From positions 1,612,001 through 1,676,000 of the forward strand of contig LSRY02000016.1 of the NCBI GenBank assembly GCA_001643675.2: a stretch of DNA of 64,000 nt, in the 5' to 3' direction. This document shows positions 38,219 through 51,531 of the stretch, piece by piece. This DNA comes from Monocercomonoides exilis PA203. Lineage: Eukaryota; Protista; Preaxostyla. The stretch's first letter is position 1, and each line of letters starts with the position of its first letter. The notes below the pieces were generated by a model, which ran no database searches, had not been told where the DNA came from, and saw only the letters and a program-made list of their open reading frames with translations. Position numbers and translations under genes: made by a program.

Positions 38219-39792
38219 TTAAACAGGAGAATCAATTTTTTCTTTTGAAAGTTTGACATTATGAGCAATCGAAAAGCAGCAATAATGCGAATTCTGGTGC
38301 TGGCTGGCTGGTTGCATTTTCTTTACCGATGTTGAATGCGTCAAAGATGGTGCTTTGTGAAGCGCTTTGCTTTTTGCAGTGGAAGAAGCTGGCGAGGTGG
38401 CTTTGCTCTTTCCAATTGCTTTTAGCCCTTTCTCAGGTTGTGCTCCTGGCTCAGCGAAAAGACATAGCAAATTCAAACAGCAATTTGATATTTTCGATTT
38501 GATGTCAACTTCTTCTGCTGTTTCCTTTCGGGTTTTGGAGGAAAAATGCTCTTCAATTGGATTTAAAAAGACACAGCTGGATGTTGAGGAAGATGGTGTT
38601 GTTGAGGAAGAAGAAGAAGAACAAGAAGAAGAAGAAGGTGAAGTGGAAGAAGAAAGAGGCATAGATGAAGATGGTTGCGTTGATGAAGAAGAAGAAGGTA
38701 ACGATGATGACGATTGCAATGAAGAAGAAGATGCACTGGAAGAAGAAGAATGTTTCAAGAAAATTCGCTGAGGTTCTAAAAGCAAACGCATCAGTTCCGT
38801 TTTCGAAGGACTTTTACACAAAGATTTGAAAGCGCTCATCAATTCTCCGATGCAAAGTCCGTGTGACACAACCAGCACACGCACAACTTTGCAATCCGAA
38901 TCGCATCTATCAAAATCATCTGCTTTCATTTCTTTCTCGGTTTTCTCTTTTCCTTCTGTTTCGGCTTTCGCTTCTTTTTCTTCGAAGGCTGCTTCTTGTT
39001 TAAATTCTTTGCGAGGCAGTAATTCAGTTGCTGGACTCTCCGCTGATGCTTTCTGTGCCAAAGAATTATCTCGTTTGCTAACCAAAGGAAATATAAATTC
39101 TCTGATAAATTGGCAGCATCTCTGATAGACATCGTCTTTGCTTTCACCTTGAGGATATCTTGACTGAAACAAAATGTCAAGATAAATAGTTTCTTTTTCA
39201 TTTAAGAAAAAATATTTGAAAAAACCGTTCTTGGATTCAGTCCTTTCTCTTTTATCATTGCTGCAAATGTTCCGTATTTCATCCCAACCATTGTACCCGT
39301 ATCTATTATTTGAATTGCATAAATGAAGGCTTAACAAAAGCAAACAATGGCAAACCCACTTCTCTCAACAGAGGTGTAAAATGAACTGGAATTGGATGAG
39401 AATTTTCTTTCAAGATTTCAGTGATTGTCTGCATATTTTTCATTTAACTGTCAAAACATTTGAAACTGAAATAATGTGGTAAATAAACCTGTCTTGTTCG
39501 AAGAAGATCTGAGCAAAATGCGTAATCAAACTTAACATCTTTAATTATCCTTCCAAGAAGATTTGCCTGAAAAAAATAAAGAAAAATGTGAAAAGCATGG
39601 GTAAATGCTGAAATAAATAAAAAATGTAACTTGTTGGATTCCATTATCGTTCAGAGGCTCCTCGGATTGCCCTTGTACTCTTTTTTCTATGTTCGCATTT
39701 GTTTCTCCGCTAAAGATTCAATATTTCAACACTACTCATAACTATAAATAAGAAATCAGCATTTCAAACTGTCTGAAAACGTAAATGAACAT
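38219..39792 (-). CDS. Histidine phosphatase (PGM/TIGAR-like), multi-exon
   Basis: MFIYVFRH|GETNAN (RHG split by an intron), QGQSEEPLN..G..QA, SDLLRTRQT, LLRE, GES, VLVVSHG and late SNCC motifs. Confidence 0.88.
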
Positions 39793-40411
39793 TATAACAC
39801 GAAAAAACAAAACAAAAAATGAATTTATTGATCTTTCAAAAACAGTAATTTTTTCATGAGAAAGAAATCAATTTTCAAAAAAAGAAATTTATAAAAACCA
39901 ACTGAATGATTTTTTAAAAATAGTTTTTTTTCCAATCTTTCCATTTTCCCCCCCTTATTCATGTAAGAGAAATATTTTGTAAAAAAATTTTCTTGAAATT
40001 GATTGGAATTTGAAGATTTTAAAAAAATGACAAAACAATTTTATTGTTATGATGCGATTGAAATAATATTCAATATTTATTTCAAAAACATTTCAACATT
40101 CATTCAGTGAATAACGATAGAAATTTTCAATTTTCAAATGTTCATTTCTCAAAAAATACAATAAACCCGAATTTCAATTAAAAACACTAAATCCATTTCG
40201 AATATGAATGATTTTTATTTTTTTGAATAAAATTTGACATAAATAAAAAAAAATTTGTTCATACTGGATTTGTTAACCCACAATAAAAAATGAACTCCAA
40301 AAAGCCAATCATTGGACTTGATATACAAATGATGTGGCATATCATTTACGTAGAATTGGAATGCTGCACATTAACTTCAGTTCGCATAAAATAGGACCGA
40401 ATTTTAGTAAC

Positions 40412-41973
40412 ATGGAAAATCTACAGCACGACACAATTCAAGAAAAGCAAGAAAATTCTTCTGTTAGAAGCACGTCAATAAAAAGCACTGAACACAATTG
40501 TTCCTCTCCATTTCATTGTGCTATTGCATCGCTTCTTCGTTCATGGTATTTTTTCATTCCTTTTCTTTGCCAATTTTTATTTTTGATTGAAATTTTTTGC
40601 AAGGATGAGGCCATATACAATTGGTTCAGAAGGAAGCAATCTTCAAAACCCAGTGACAAGGGTTCCTCTTGAGACATGGATCACTGGGATACAGAAGATA
40701 TCTAGAATTAGTGATTTAAATTTATTTTGTGCGCTTGTGTATATTCGAAGACTTGTAAAGTCAAAACCTTGGCTTCCATTTTGTTGGCTTAATGCGCACA
40801 GAATTTATCTTGTAAGTGTTACTCTTGCATCTAAGTTTCTTGATGATATCACATATAAAAACAAAGATTGGGTTACAATCGGAGGAAAATTTTTCCCAAT
40901 ATCAGAGGTATTTATTGGAAATTATTTTCACTAAATTTCACTAATTTGCATTCTTTATTATTGTAAAGTTTAATATGATGGAAGAAGAGCTTATGGCTAC
41001 TCTCGATTTTGCATTATTTATTACAGATGAGGAGGCAAATACTGTTGTTAGCGATCTTGTGGAAATAACAAAGAATGAAGAATTTATTAATAATCACATG
41101 CAATCGTTAGGTTTTGATGTTCACAAACGGAAACAAGAACCACTTTCGGAATTGGGAGAGAGAAGAATGTCTTCTCTTGAAACAACAATGACAACAGAAC
41201 ACGAAGCTTGTGAAAACCTACCACAGTCTCATGAACATTCGAGTTCTGTTCATTCTTCAGCATTGTCAATTCCATCTTCAGTGAACAATTCTTCTTCTTC
41301 CTCCTCCTCCTCATCTTCATCTTCCACTTCTTCTTCTGCAACATCATCATCATCATCTTCTTCTTCTAATTCACGTTCATCTTTTAGCACACCAATCTTG
41401 CTTCCATCTGCTTCTCCAGCAAATTGCTTCAATCGTGTCAGAAAGCTTCGCATAATCAACTCAGCCAATCCAACTGCTCTAACAACTTCATCATCATCAT
41501 CATCATCATCACATTCTATTCATTCATCTCATTCATCACATATTTCAATGGATGAATCACAATCAACTTCTTCTTCTTCTGTGATCTCTTCTTCTGTCTC
41601 TGATTCTATTGATTCTGTTTCCTCCTCAATCTCATCTGTTTCTTCTTCTTCAATTACTTCTTCTATTAGTTCTTCTATTCCTTCTTCTGTTTCTGTTTCA
41701 ATCTCATCGCTTTCTTCGTGTCTTCCTTCTCAGCTCCTTCCACTCAGCACTTTCACTCCATCTTCAGTTTCTTCTCTAACAACATCAGCCAGTTTTCTTC
41801 CTTCTTATCCACCTTTTGCTTCTTCTTCTTCTTCTTCCTCTTCTTCTTACTTATCTTCTTCTTCAATGTGCCCCAATGCTCAATCTTTTCTCTCTTCTTT
41901 CACAGCAATCAAGCCAACAGGCCCTTCTCATTGTTATGACCGTCATGTTCCTGTTTTGATGACGTTGTCATAA
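40412..41973 (+). CDS. PHO80/cyclin-U(P)-type cyclin with Ser-rich tail
   Basis: CALVYIRRL..NAHRIYLVSVTLASKFLDDITYKNKDW..E|FNMMEEELMATLDFAL; two short introns. Confidence 0.9.
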
Positions 41974-42910
41974 ATTTGAAGTTTTTATGATATAATTAGT
42001 AATGATTGGATTTATTTATTATGTAATGGTTAATTAAATAATAAAACAAAATGTTTATTTTTTTATTTCATTTGTATTGAAAGTTGTTATTTTCTAATTG
42101 TATCTTGAATTTTCTTATTGGAAGTATGAAATGATTTCAATATGAAACAAAGTTTCACTTCATTTTTAAGAAATTGTTGGATAACAAAATGCATTTTTGA
42201 GTTTGTTCATTTCATTTGATAAACAAAAACAAATTTAACATTATTTAATCAAGCAAACAAAGTTTTCCTTCTTTCTTTTTATCATGTTGAGTCAAATCTG
42301 TTTTAAAGTTGATTTATTTATGAGTAAACCAAAAGTACGTAATGTTTCATTCGTTATTCAAAGCTCATATTATTTGGTTTTAGAAATACAGAAAAATTAT
42401 GAAAAAACCAAAAAAACGAACAAAAGAATTATGTAGATCAATTGCATTTCGTGAAATAACTTGCAATCGAGCCATTTCATTAATATTTCTGTTTCTAACA
42501 ATAAATAATGAAACGAAAAGTAATTTTTTCTATTTCGCAAATTTAATTGTTTCCAACCAGAAGCAGGCTACGCAATTTCAAAAAGATGTAAATTTTCAGT
42601 CAACATTTTTTTTTCAAATAGTTTGCAAGCAAATCAAATAAATATCGAAACAGTTACTTCGTCATGAGAATTCTTTTATCAAAGTGTACTTTTTTCGCTG
42701 AACATCTTTTCGTAACAATATTCTCAGCTATTCAACTTGATCTTCCTCATCACTTTGAACACTCAATCTCTTTTCATTTGCTTCATTCCCATCATCTTTC
42801 TTCCAACAATCCATCAGTTCCATTCTTCATTTTCAGTTTTCGCTTCTTCTAATTCATCCATCATTCCTCCCCTCTTCTTCCTCTTCCTCCTCTTCTTCCT
42901 CCTCTTCTTC

Positions 42911-43152
42911 TTACAGCAACCTCTTATCCGTCAATGTCTTTGTCCCCACATTCCGTGTGCCGATGATCCTTCTCCCAATCGACACGAGTGTTGACATGAA
43001 CCACGTGAACAGAGCTGAGGCGATGCTGGTGTTGGTGAACCAATAGTCGGACACCGCAAACCAGAAGATCTCAAAGAAGACAAGGTCCCATTCAAGACCC
43101 ATCAGAACGTTGCTTGAGAAGGAGGTATCGGAGTCGTCTGAAGAGAAAGAAA

Positions 43153-43188
<36 letters not shown>

Positions 43189-46100
43189 AAAACAGAGAAA
43201 TTAATTATTATTAAGCAAAGAAGAAAAGTATTATTATCAATAAACAATAAGCACATGAGTTTTCAATAAAAAGCATTTCAGAAGTTTTTAATGAAGCAAC
43301 AGACCTCTGTAAAAGACAGAGTATGGAGCCTGGTTCATCGAAGGTGGCATTCTGAAGCTTTTCTCCAATGGCGATTTTTGGGCTTTGATGATTGATTGGG
43401 CTTCGCGGCACTTATAGAAAAGAAGAAGAAGTAAATAAATAACAGAAAGAATAATGATGATGATGATGAATATAATTAAAATAAATAGAAAAGTTGAAGA
43501 AAGAAATGTTCAATCGTAAAAGCAATTACCAACATAAGAAAAATAAACATCATTATTTATTAAAAAATTTCAAAACAAAAAAATTTTTTTCCTTTTTCAT
43601 CTCCTCTTCTTTGCTTTCTTTTCTATTTACATACGTTCTTGATCCAAGACATGAAATATGCATTGATCTGCTCTGATGCCTGTACTGCATCAGCAACCTG
43701 CTGCTCAACAACACTCGGATTCAACTGAGCTGTTGGCAATCCAACTGCAAGCTGTTATTTATTTATTTATTTTATTTATTTTAAAAAAAGAAAATATCGG
43801 ATTAAATGCAAAGGTAAGAAAGAGTAATTGAAAGGGAAGAAGACGAAAAAGAATATAAAAATAAACAAATATATAAATAAATTAAAAATAAAAATAAAAA
43901 ATATTAAAAAACCTTGTTTATTGCTGAGCTGTAGTTCTCGTCAAATGCTTGTCTAACATCTCTCTTCAAATACATCTCAAATGTGACACAGTTGTCATTT
44001 GGAAACATTCCACGTGGTGGAACTTTATTTTCCTGTGTTTTAAAAGGAAAAAAAAAAAGAAATATTTATTTATTTTTAAATAATATATATATATATATTT
44101 TTTAACTTTCAATATGAAGAAGCAAACCTTTTCCTTTTGAACATTTTTCAGAAGAGTTAACATGTCTGTATCTGCACACTGATGCACTGTCTCTCCATGC
44201 ACATAATAGCCATGGTATTGCGAGTCGAGCAAGAACATACTGAGAATTGGAAAAAAACAAAGGAAAAAAGAATTGATCATGTGGATAAAAATAATTATAA
44301 ATTTAATCCAAAGCATTCAATAAAACAACAACAATGTAAAAAGAATTATTTTTAAAATTTGCTAAATAAAATAACAAAAAAGCTACAGCACTGGGTTTTT
44401 CCAGGCGGTCACCCATCCAAGTACTAACCCAGCGTTGGCCGCTTAACTTCGGAGGTCTGAAGGGATCCGGTGCGTATGACCAACTATGGCCGTAGCTCAC
44501 ACAAGTTTCCTCAATTTTTCCTTTTCTTAATTTCTTTTCAATCATTTATCTCATTTTAAAAAAACTTATATTTTTGAATAAATATTTCCTTTCTTAAATT
44601 TTTCTTCATTCTTTCTCTCCCTCAAACACACCTTATATTTGACAGGCACAGCTCTTCCACGAAATCTCGGGCTGGGTGCTTGAAGAAGTGATGGTAGACA
44701 GCAGAGACGATAAATTGAAATCCTGCGAAGAAGAGATAGAGAACAGCGATGAATCCAAAGCGCACAAATGGCTGCTGCTCAGAAAAGCGGAGATAGGCAT
44801 ATTCCTTTCAATTGAGTGTGTTAAAGAGAGATTGAAAAAAAAAAGATGAAAGAGATAAAAGGAGTGTTTATAATACATCGTAATAGAATTTATTTTATTT
44901 TATTTTTATTAATTTATTTTTGATGATACATCAAATGAATAAAGACTTGAGCACACAAGATGCAACTCTGGGCAAAGATTCAGAACAAGCGCCGTCATCA
45001 AGCAGCTAAATGTCACATTTGTGCTTCTCTTTGTCTGCAGCAGAATAGAAGCAGAAATGATTTCATAAAAATAATCAAGCGAAATTAAAAGTAATTGTTT
45101 GTAAAATTGTTTTTGTACATATGGAAAAGTTATACGAATCAAAAGAAGTTTGATTGTTAAGTGGGAGGAAAAAAAATAAGCAAAAGAAATTGTATACGCT
45201 CAATTCCTTCCATTTATCGCATATTCTTAAGTGTCTGAATACAGATGGTTTTGCTGGCACAACGTGTCCTGTTCCTTCTGCCTGCAAAAGTCCTTTCGAG
45301 CGCTCCCAATCAATGAAAAACACATCTGATGTGCTTTGCTTTCCAACATTGTAGCAAATCACAATTGTCTATTTTCATAAATGTTTTACACGAAATTTAA
45401 TTAAGTGTGTTTAAATAACGCAATGCATTTTTTTGATCAAATAAAATTATCTCGTCTTCAAATTCGAGTCAATAAAAACATGCACACCTTAAACACTGTT
45501 CCCAATATTGTCAATACCCAAAAATAAACTAAATCTGGTTGATTAAATTCCTCTTGATTGATGCAGTAGAGAATAAACCTTTCAAAAAAAAGAATTATGA
45601 AATAAATTCTTAAAATAGATAGATTCAAACCAAAATATTCCGAAAAATCCATTTAAATAAAAGAATAAATCGGAAAATGTATCAAATATTTCAATGATTG
45701 CTTGTATTAGAACCTGATATCCAATATTGCTCTTTAAGTTTTAAACATTAAAAAAACAAACAGTTGCATCAAGTACAAAGACTTGCTGGACTCTGTACAT
45801 TCTAAACCACCTGTAAAGTGAAACGAGCGATCCAATTCCAATAAATACATAAAACACAATGATATATGCTTTCTGAACTCCGTCATATAATGGATTCGAG
45901 AGTAATTGCTTGTTTCAAAAGTTAAAAACGAAAAACCAAAAATATTTTATCAAATAAAATGGATTTAAAGCGTTAGCGCTAATGAGTTATATGAGCAAAC
46001 GACATCTAAAGTTTGCTTGAAATATTCAGTTACAAGGAAAAATTGAACAACTTCTGCTTCAGAAGCAGTAATATTTCCTTTACCCATCCCAGACGACTGT

Positions 46101-46189
46101 GTAATGCGCGCCATAATTCTTGGGGTCTTCCGCTGGTCGGCAGCGCTTACCATTTGCGCAGCAATAAAAAATATCAAAGTGGCAATCAT
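42911..46189 (-). CDS. TMEM67: Meckelin (TMEM67/MKS3) homolog with a very short ectodomain
   Basis: Conserved motifs DVFFIDWERSKG, SVFRHLRICDKWKELS, FVEELCLSNIS|MFLLDSQYHGYYVHGETVH..ADTDM and C-terminal GTRNVGTKTLTDKRLL. Confidence 0.88.
44376..44381 (-). terminator. Pol III oligo-T terminator of the 5S gene
   Basis: T6 run on the minus strand at the 5S 3' end. Confidence 0.8.
44381..44497 (-). rRNA. 5S: 5S rRNA (intronic)
   Basis: Minus-strand AGCTACGGCCATA...GAAGTTAAGC...GTTAGTACTTGGATGGGTGACCGCCTGG...GTGCTGTAGCT; helices I, II and V pair; box A/box C-like internal promoter. Confidence 0.97.
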
Positions 46190-46274
46190 TTTTATTTAAT
46201 AATGGGGAGATTCTAAGAAAACAAGAAAAGTGAATTAACTTTTTTTCGACAAAACATTCAACTATCGTTTATAA
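46190..46274. promoter_or_regulatory. 85-bp divergent intergenic region, putative bidirectional promoter TMEM67/OTU1
   Basis: Head-to-head ATGs at 46189 (-) and 46275 (+). Confidence 0.55.
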
Positions 46275-47774
46275 ATGATGATGGATTCTGAAGAGTGGGT
46301 ACCTCTTTCCTTCAGGATTCGTCATGCTGAAGGAACTGAATTGTTCTCTGGGCTTAAATCAACATTAACTTTTCGAGAGCTGTTTCAATTAATAAGCTCA
46401 AAGCTGAATGTCAAACCTGGATCATTTCAGCTAGCAAAGTCATATCCCCCAACTCTTATTGAATCTGAAGATGACTTCCCAATTGGAGCTTTTATAGAAA
46501 ATGGAGAAACTCTTGTTTTACGAGGTTTGAAATAAATTATCAAACATTTTTAACTTCTTTTTTATCACTCTATTTTTATTGTTATTCCGTGTCAGAGAAA
46601 CAGGAAAAAGACGTTTCTGAAAGTTCCGAAGCGTCTAAAAGAATGGTTGATGATGGAGCGTTTGACTCACAAAAAGCTGAAAGTAGTACAAGAGAACCCA
46701 CCGAGCAACCAAAGCTTCCTTCATCGGAACAACCAAAAAAAGTAGTAAAGGATTGGGAACAAACAAGGATGGTTGATGGAGTTGCTGGTTTGTGAATTGA
46801 GCACAAAATTTCAAAATGAAGCAATTTTTTTGTTCATATCTCCACGATACTTTTTGTAGTTTCTGGTCCATACAAAGGAAAACGTCTTCTTCGTAGGGTT
46901 ATGCCAAATGATAATTCTTGCTTCTTTCATGCAATGCATTTAATATTTCGAGAGCTGGGAGCAGAGTCGCCATATGCTTTGAGAGAGGTGTGTTTTGCAT
47001 CTGTAATCATATTGATAATAATCGTTAATGTTTTATTTATGATTTTTTCCCCCTATATTAAGATCTGCTCAAACATGATTATGAATAATCCAACTGAATT
47101 GGGACAATTTTTGGATAAGCCTCCGCTTGAGTATTGTGATTGGATTCTCAAAGAAATGTCTTGGGGTATGTGAATAGATAAATGATTTCAATGCTTTTTT
47201 TGACAAGTTTATTGAAAAATTGAAATTTTTAAATTATTTGGAAGTGTTCCTTTTATATTTTTTTACTCTTTTTTATATTTTGCTCCTCGTGATGATATCA
47301 GACAAATAATTCTTTTTTCTTACTTTCTTTTTCTTTTTTTTTTATTTAATACTTGCAGGGGGAGCCTCAGAGCTGTCACTTCTTTCGAAACACTTCAATG
47401 TGGAGATTGACAGCATTGATGTGCAGACGCTGCAAGTGATGCATTTTGGGGAAGACCTGCCGAATGTAACGCACCGCTGCATCGTGTGCTACAACGGGGT
47501 GCATTACGATGTGTTTGTGATGGGCGAGCACAAGGCAGAGACGAAGCTGTTTGACGACAAAGACATCGCCCTCTTCCCCATTTCAGACCAGGTCCCGCTT
47601 GCGCTGGCGCTGGAGAAAGTGGAGAAGCTCAACAAAAAGGGGATGTATGTGGATCACAAGCAGATGAAGATGCGGTGCAAGGCTTGTGGAAGAGAATTCA
47701 CAGGAGACGAGGAGATCATCCTGCACATGCAGGTAACGATGCACACAGAATACGATGAAATACCAGTCGACTAG
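46275..47774 (+). CDS. OTU1: OTU1/YOD1 deubiquitinase (UBX-like + OTU + C2H2 finger), five exons
   Basis: Ubiquitin-like N-terminus with YPP; MPNDNSCFF (catalytic Cys); WGGASE; YNGVHYD (catalytic His); CKACG..HMQVTMH. Confidence 0.93.
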
Positions 47775-48766
47775 GCAATTGACACATCAATTTCTGCTGG
47801 ATAATGTAATATTGACTCTGTTGTTGCTCACTATGTCTTCTTCTCTCTTCTTTTTGCAGAATTAATTCGTTGCGGAATACATCTGAACGAGCAGTGATTG
47901 CATTTATTTCACTTCAATTATCTTGTTATCTGCCATTCTGTTTTTGTTTGAGATGCAAGTGCTGTTCAGAATCAAGCTTCTCTCTCGCTCACTTACTCAC
48001 CAATGGACTTTTTAAAAATTCAGAAAAGTTAACAATTAGATTACTCTCTTCTATTTTTTTCACGAATCAATAAATTATGATTTATTCAAACTTGAACATT
48101 CAGTGCAAAACGGATTTAGTATCTCGGCAGTTCCTGCTAATGTTTATTTCTGTTGGCAACATAAAAGTGATTGAAAAGCGATATGAAAAAAATCATCATT
48201 AAACAGGAAAGAATAATCCAAAATAAGATTCCTTCAAAACAATTATCAAAAAAAATTATGATAAAATGAACAGAATTTAAAGATACTAAACGTAACAACA
48301 CGAACAATTATGGATGACTTTCTCACAAACATTTACAGAAGGAAAAAGTACAAAGCACTTTAAAAATGACAATGTTTAAAAAAGAGACAAACGACAGTAG
48401 AATGAACAACTTTGTAAATAAATAATTTTTAAAAATACTAATAATGAATTTGAAATAAGAATCGATTTTTTTTATAAAAGAATGAAAAATAAGTATGTTG
48501 GCGTTAAAGATAAAATGAAACAGTACTAATAAAAACAGAACTTTCAACATTTTGTCAAAGTTAATTTTTTTCAAAGAATACTTCGAAAAAACAAAAGGCA
48601 AAATAGCTACTATTATAGAACAGTTTTTTAAATTTTAACATTTACAAAAATTGCTCAAACTCTTTGTTTCGTCTTCTTTAAACAATGTCACATCTGTACA
48701 TACAAAAAATCTTATAAGCAAATTCTTGTCAGCTTTTTCCTTCTTTAATGCGATAAATTATGTAAT

Positions 48767-50179
48767 TTATTCTTGATATTTTTTGCCAATGCAGCAGCAC
48801 ATGATAAATGCAGCTATAACCATGTAAAGCATAAATACAGCAACGATGATACCAGCTGCCCCCAATATTTGATAATTTCCTTTTGCTGATTCCATCATGT
48901 ATGATTTCACATTATCGTAAATAACATCAAATTCGTTTCCTTTTCTCAGGACTGTTCCTCTGCAATAGCAAGCGTATGATCCTGGTTTTACTTCACAATT
49001 TGGAATAGTCTTAGCTTCTCCTTTGATGAAAGCTGCATTAAAATCTTCATCTTTCAGATATAATGTTCCATTACACATATACTTCATGATTTGATCCATA
49101 GTTCCTGCGCAAGATGATTCATTGAGATTTGTATCTTCATCTTTCACCCCGCATTCTGACTTTAGAGTCTTTTCAACTGTTTCCATAACTGTGTTAGACA
49201 TGGCAAAGCAAACAATTCCAACAATCAATGCAGCTAAAGTTATCAGCAACAAAATAATAAAGTAAATGCGAATTGGCCAGACTGATTTCTTAATGCAGCA
49301 GCAACTGGAAATCAATCCAAACAATCCAATGACAATTATAACAGCTCCAATAACAATTCCTCCAATTAATAATCCTGAGGAATCCTTCAGCAATGGCTCA
49401 TATGCATAGAAATATATGCAAACAGCAACGAGAACAACACCAACAACAATAACAACAATTGAACCCAATCCCAATGTTGTCATTATAAATTTGTCGAATC
49501 CCATCATGTAGCAGCAAAACACGAAACCAATAAGAATTATAACTCCTGCAATTATTGCAACAATTCCAATTGCTTTTATCTCTTTGATAGCTTTTGTCAC
49601 TGCATCGCTATATTCTTTTGCTTCTTCAGGCAACGCTTTTAGAACATTATCAATGACTTCTTGGAATGAGTCCCAGTGCATAATCATCATGTTCTTGATG
49701 GTGTCTTCGGATAGCAAGCAAACGCATCCAATGATAACAAGAGCAACTCCTGCAACAAGTGTGATAACAAAGAAAATTGCCAGACACTTGTACCTTCCTT
49801 CTTTTTCTTCAGGAATGTATCTGTTAATTATTATGAGCAAATTTAAATCATAAAATTATTCAAAAACATTTTTATTAAAAGGAAATTAAAAACCCTGATC
49901 CTAGCAGCCCAAAGAACGCTGTGACTATAACTGCAATTCCAACAATAATCAAAATAACTGCTACAAATGTTGACCCTGGGACAACTGCAATCCAGACAAT
50001 CCCAAGCACTAAAATAGCAAGGCCCAAAATGAAGTAAATGATGCACATTATCTTCATAAGCAACGAGCATTTCTTTTTTGGTTGTTCGTCAGCTAAATTA
50101 TAAAAGATATTATAAAACAATATTTTGCACTATTTGGTGAATAAAATGAATCATTGAACAAACCGTAACACAATCCCAT
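48767..50179 (-). CDS. Tandem double tetraspanin-like protein (8 predicted TM), three exons
   Basis: Spliced product MGLCY|ADEQ... has two blocks of three close TMs + loop + TM, juxtamembrane Cys clusters (FCC, SCCC, MCCC) and a Cys-rich second loop. Confidence 0.7.
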
Positions 50180-50620
50180 CTTAATATTTGATCTGTTACC
50201 ATTTATTGAGATGAAGCACTTAAATAAGCCTAAACCATAATAGTCGCCATTCTTTATTTTATTTTTGAAAAAGACTTCTTTTAAAAAATTTACAATTTTA
50301 CAAAATAAAAATTAAATAAAATAAAAATGTTTATCAAAAAAAAACTGAATAATGAATTATGAGATGAAACTGAACAAAATGTTATCAAAAAAATTTACAA
50401 AGTTTGAATTATTAATTCCAAAATAATAAACGCGAAATTTTCATCCTTAATAAAAATAATCAAAATCAAATAACATTCGCGTTGAATATAAATTTGAAAT
50501 AACAAATGAGAAAAATCTTTTTCATTATCAAAATGATAATTATAATGTATAATTATATATTTTTATTCAATTTTCCAGCAACCAATTCTTCTTCATCAAC
50601 GACTCCCTCCGTTTGTGAAT

Positions 50621-51435
50621 TTAATGAAACCTCCTCACTCTCAAATCAACCACCTTTGGGGTCGGCATTGCTGGAAACAGCATCCCATATTCTTTTTCCT
50701 GCAGAATAGCAGAATGGGAGGTGATGCCGTAGAGGGGATTTTTCAATGGATCTTCATCGTGTCTGTGGAACCCTCTTTTGGGGCACTTGCCGATGAGAGC
50801 AGCTCCTGTGTGAGAGAGGCCGAAGACAGCAACACTGAGGAATTTAAGAGAGAGAGAGGGAGAGAAGAGAAGAGAAGAGAAGAAAAGAAAAGAAAATAAA
50901 ATAAAATAAAATAAAATAAAATAAAATAAATAAGAATACCTTTGTTCTCTAAGAGCACAAACAACAGCGATGCTTTCATTCATCATGAGATGGAAGGGAT
51001 AGTGTGTGTGGAGATCAACTGATGAGAGAAATGCCTAATATTCCAATGAGAAGAAGGAAGAAAGGAAGAAAGAAAGAAATGAATAAATAAATAAAAGAAG
51101 AAAAGAAGAAAAGAAGAAAAGAAGAAAAGAAGAAAAGAAGAAAAGAAGAAAAGAAGAAAAGAAGAAAAGAAGAAAAGAAGAAAAGAAGAAAAGAAGAAAA
51201 GAAGAAAAGAAGGTTGTAATAAAAGAATAAATAAATAAATAATAAAGTTATAAATAAATAAGTCATTGATTATTACAAACAAATAAAAATGTTTCAATAA
51301 AAAGTATTTTTTTTCAAAAAAATAAAATGAAATGAAATAACATCTTTATGATCCTAAAGAAGTGTAAAATATCGCTCCAATTCAATTTCTTTTACAACTC
51401 ATAATAAACCCTTTCAAAGTCATATATCAAAATGT

Positions 51436-51531
<96 letters not shown>

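Noticed and set aside
44303-44545. 80-aa ORF with GC-rich core
   Set aside because: It is a translation of the 5S rRNA gene and its flanks.
51093-51211. Regular repeat array as CRISPR-like or telomeric
   Set aside because: Spacer-less octamer microsatellite in an intron.
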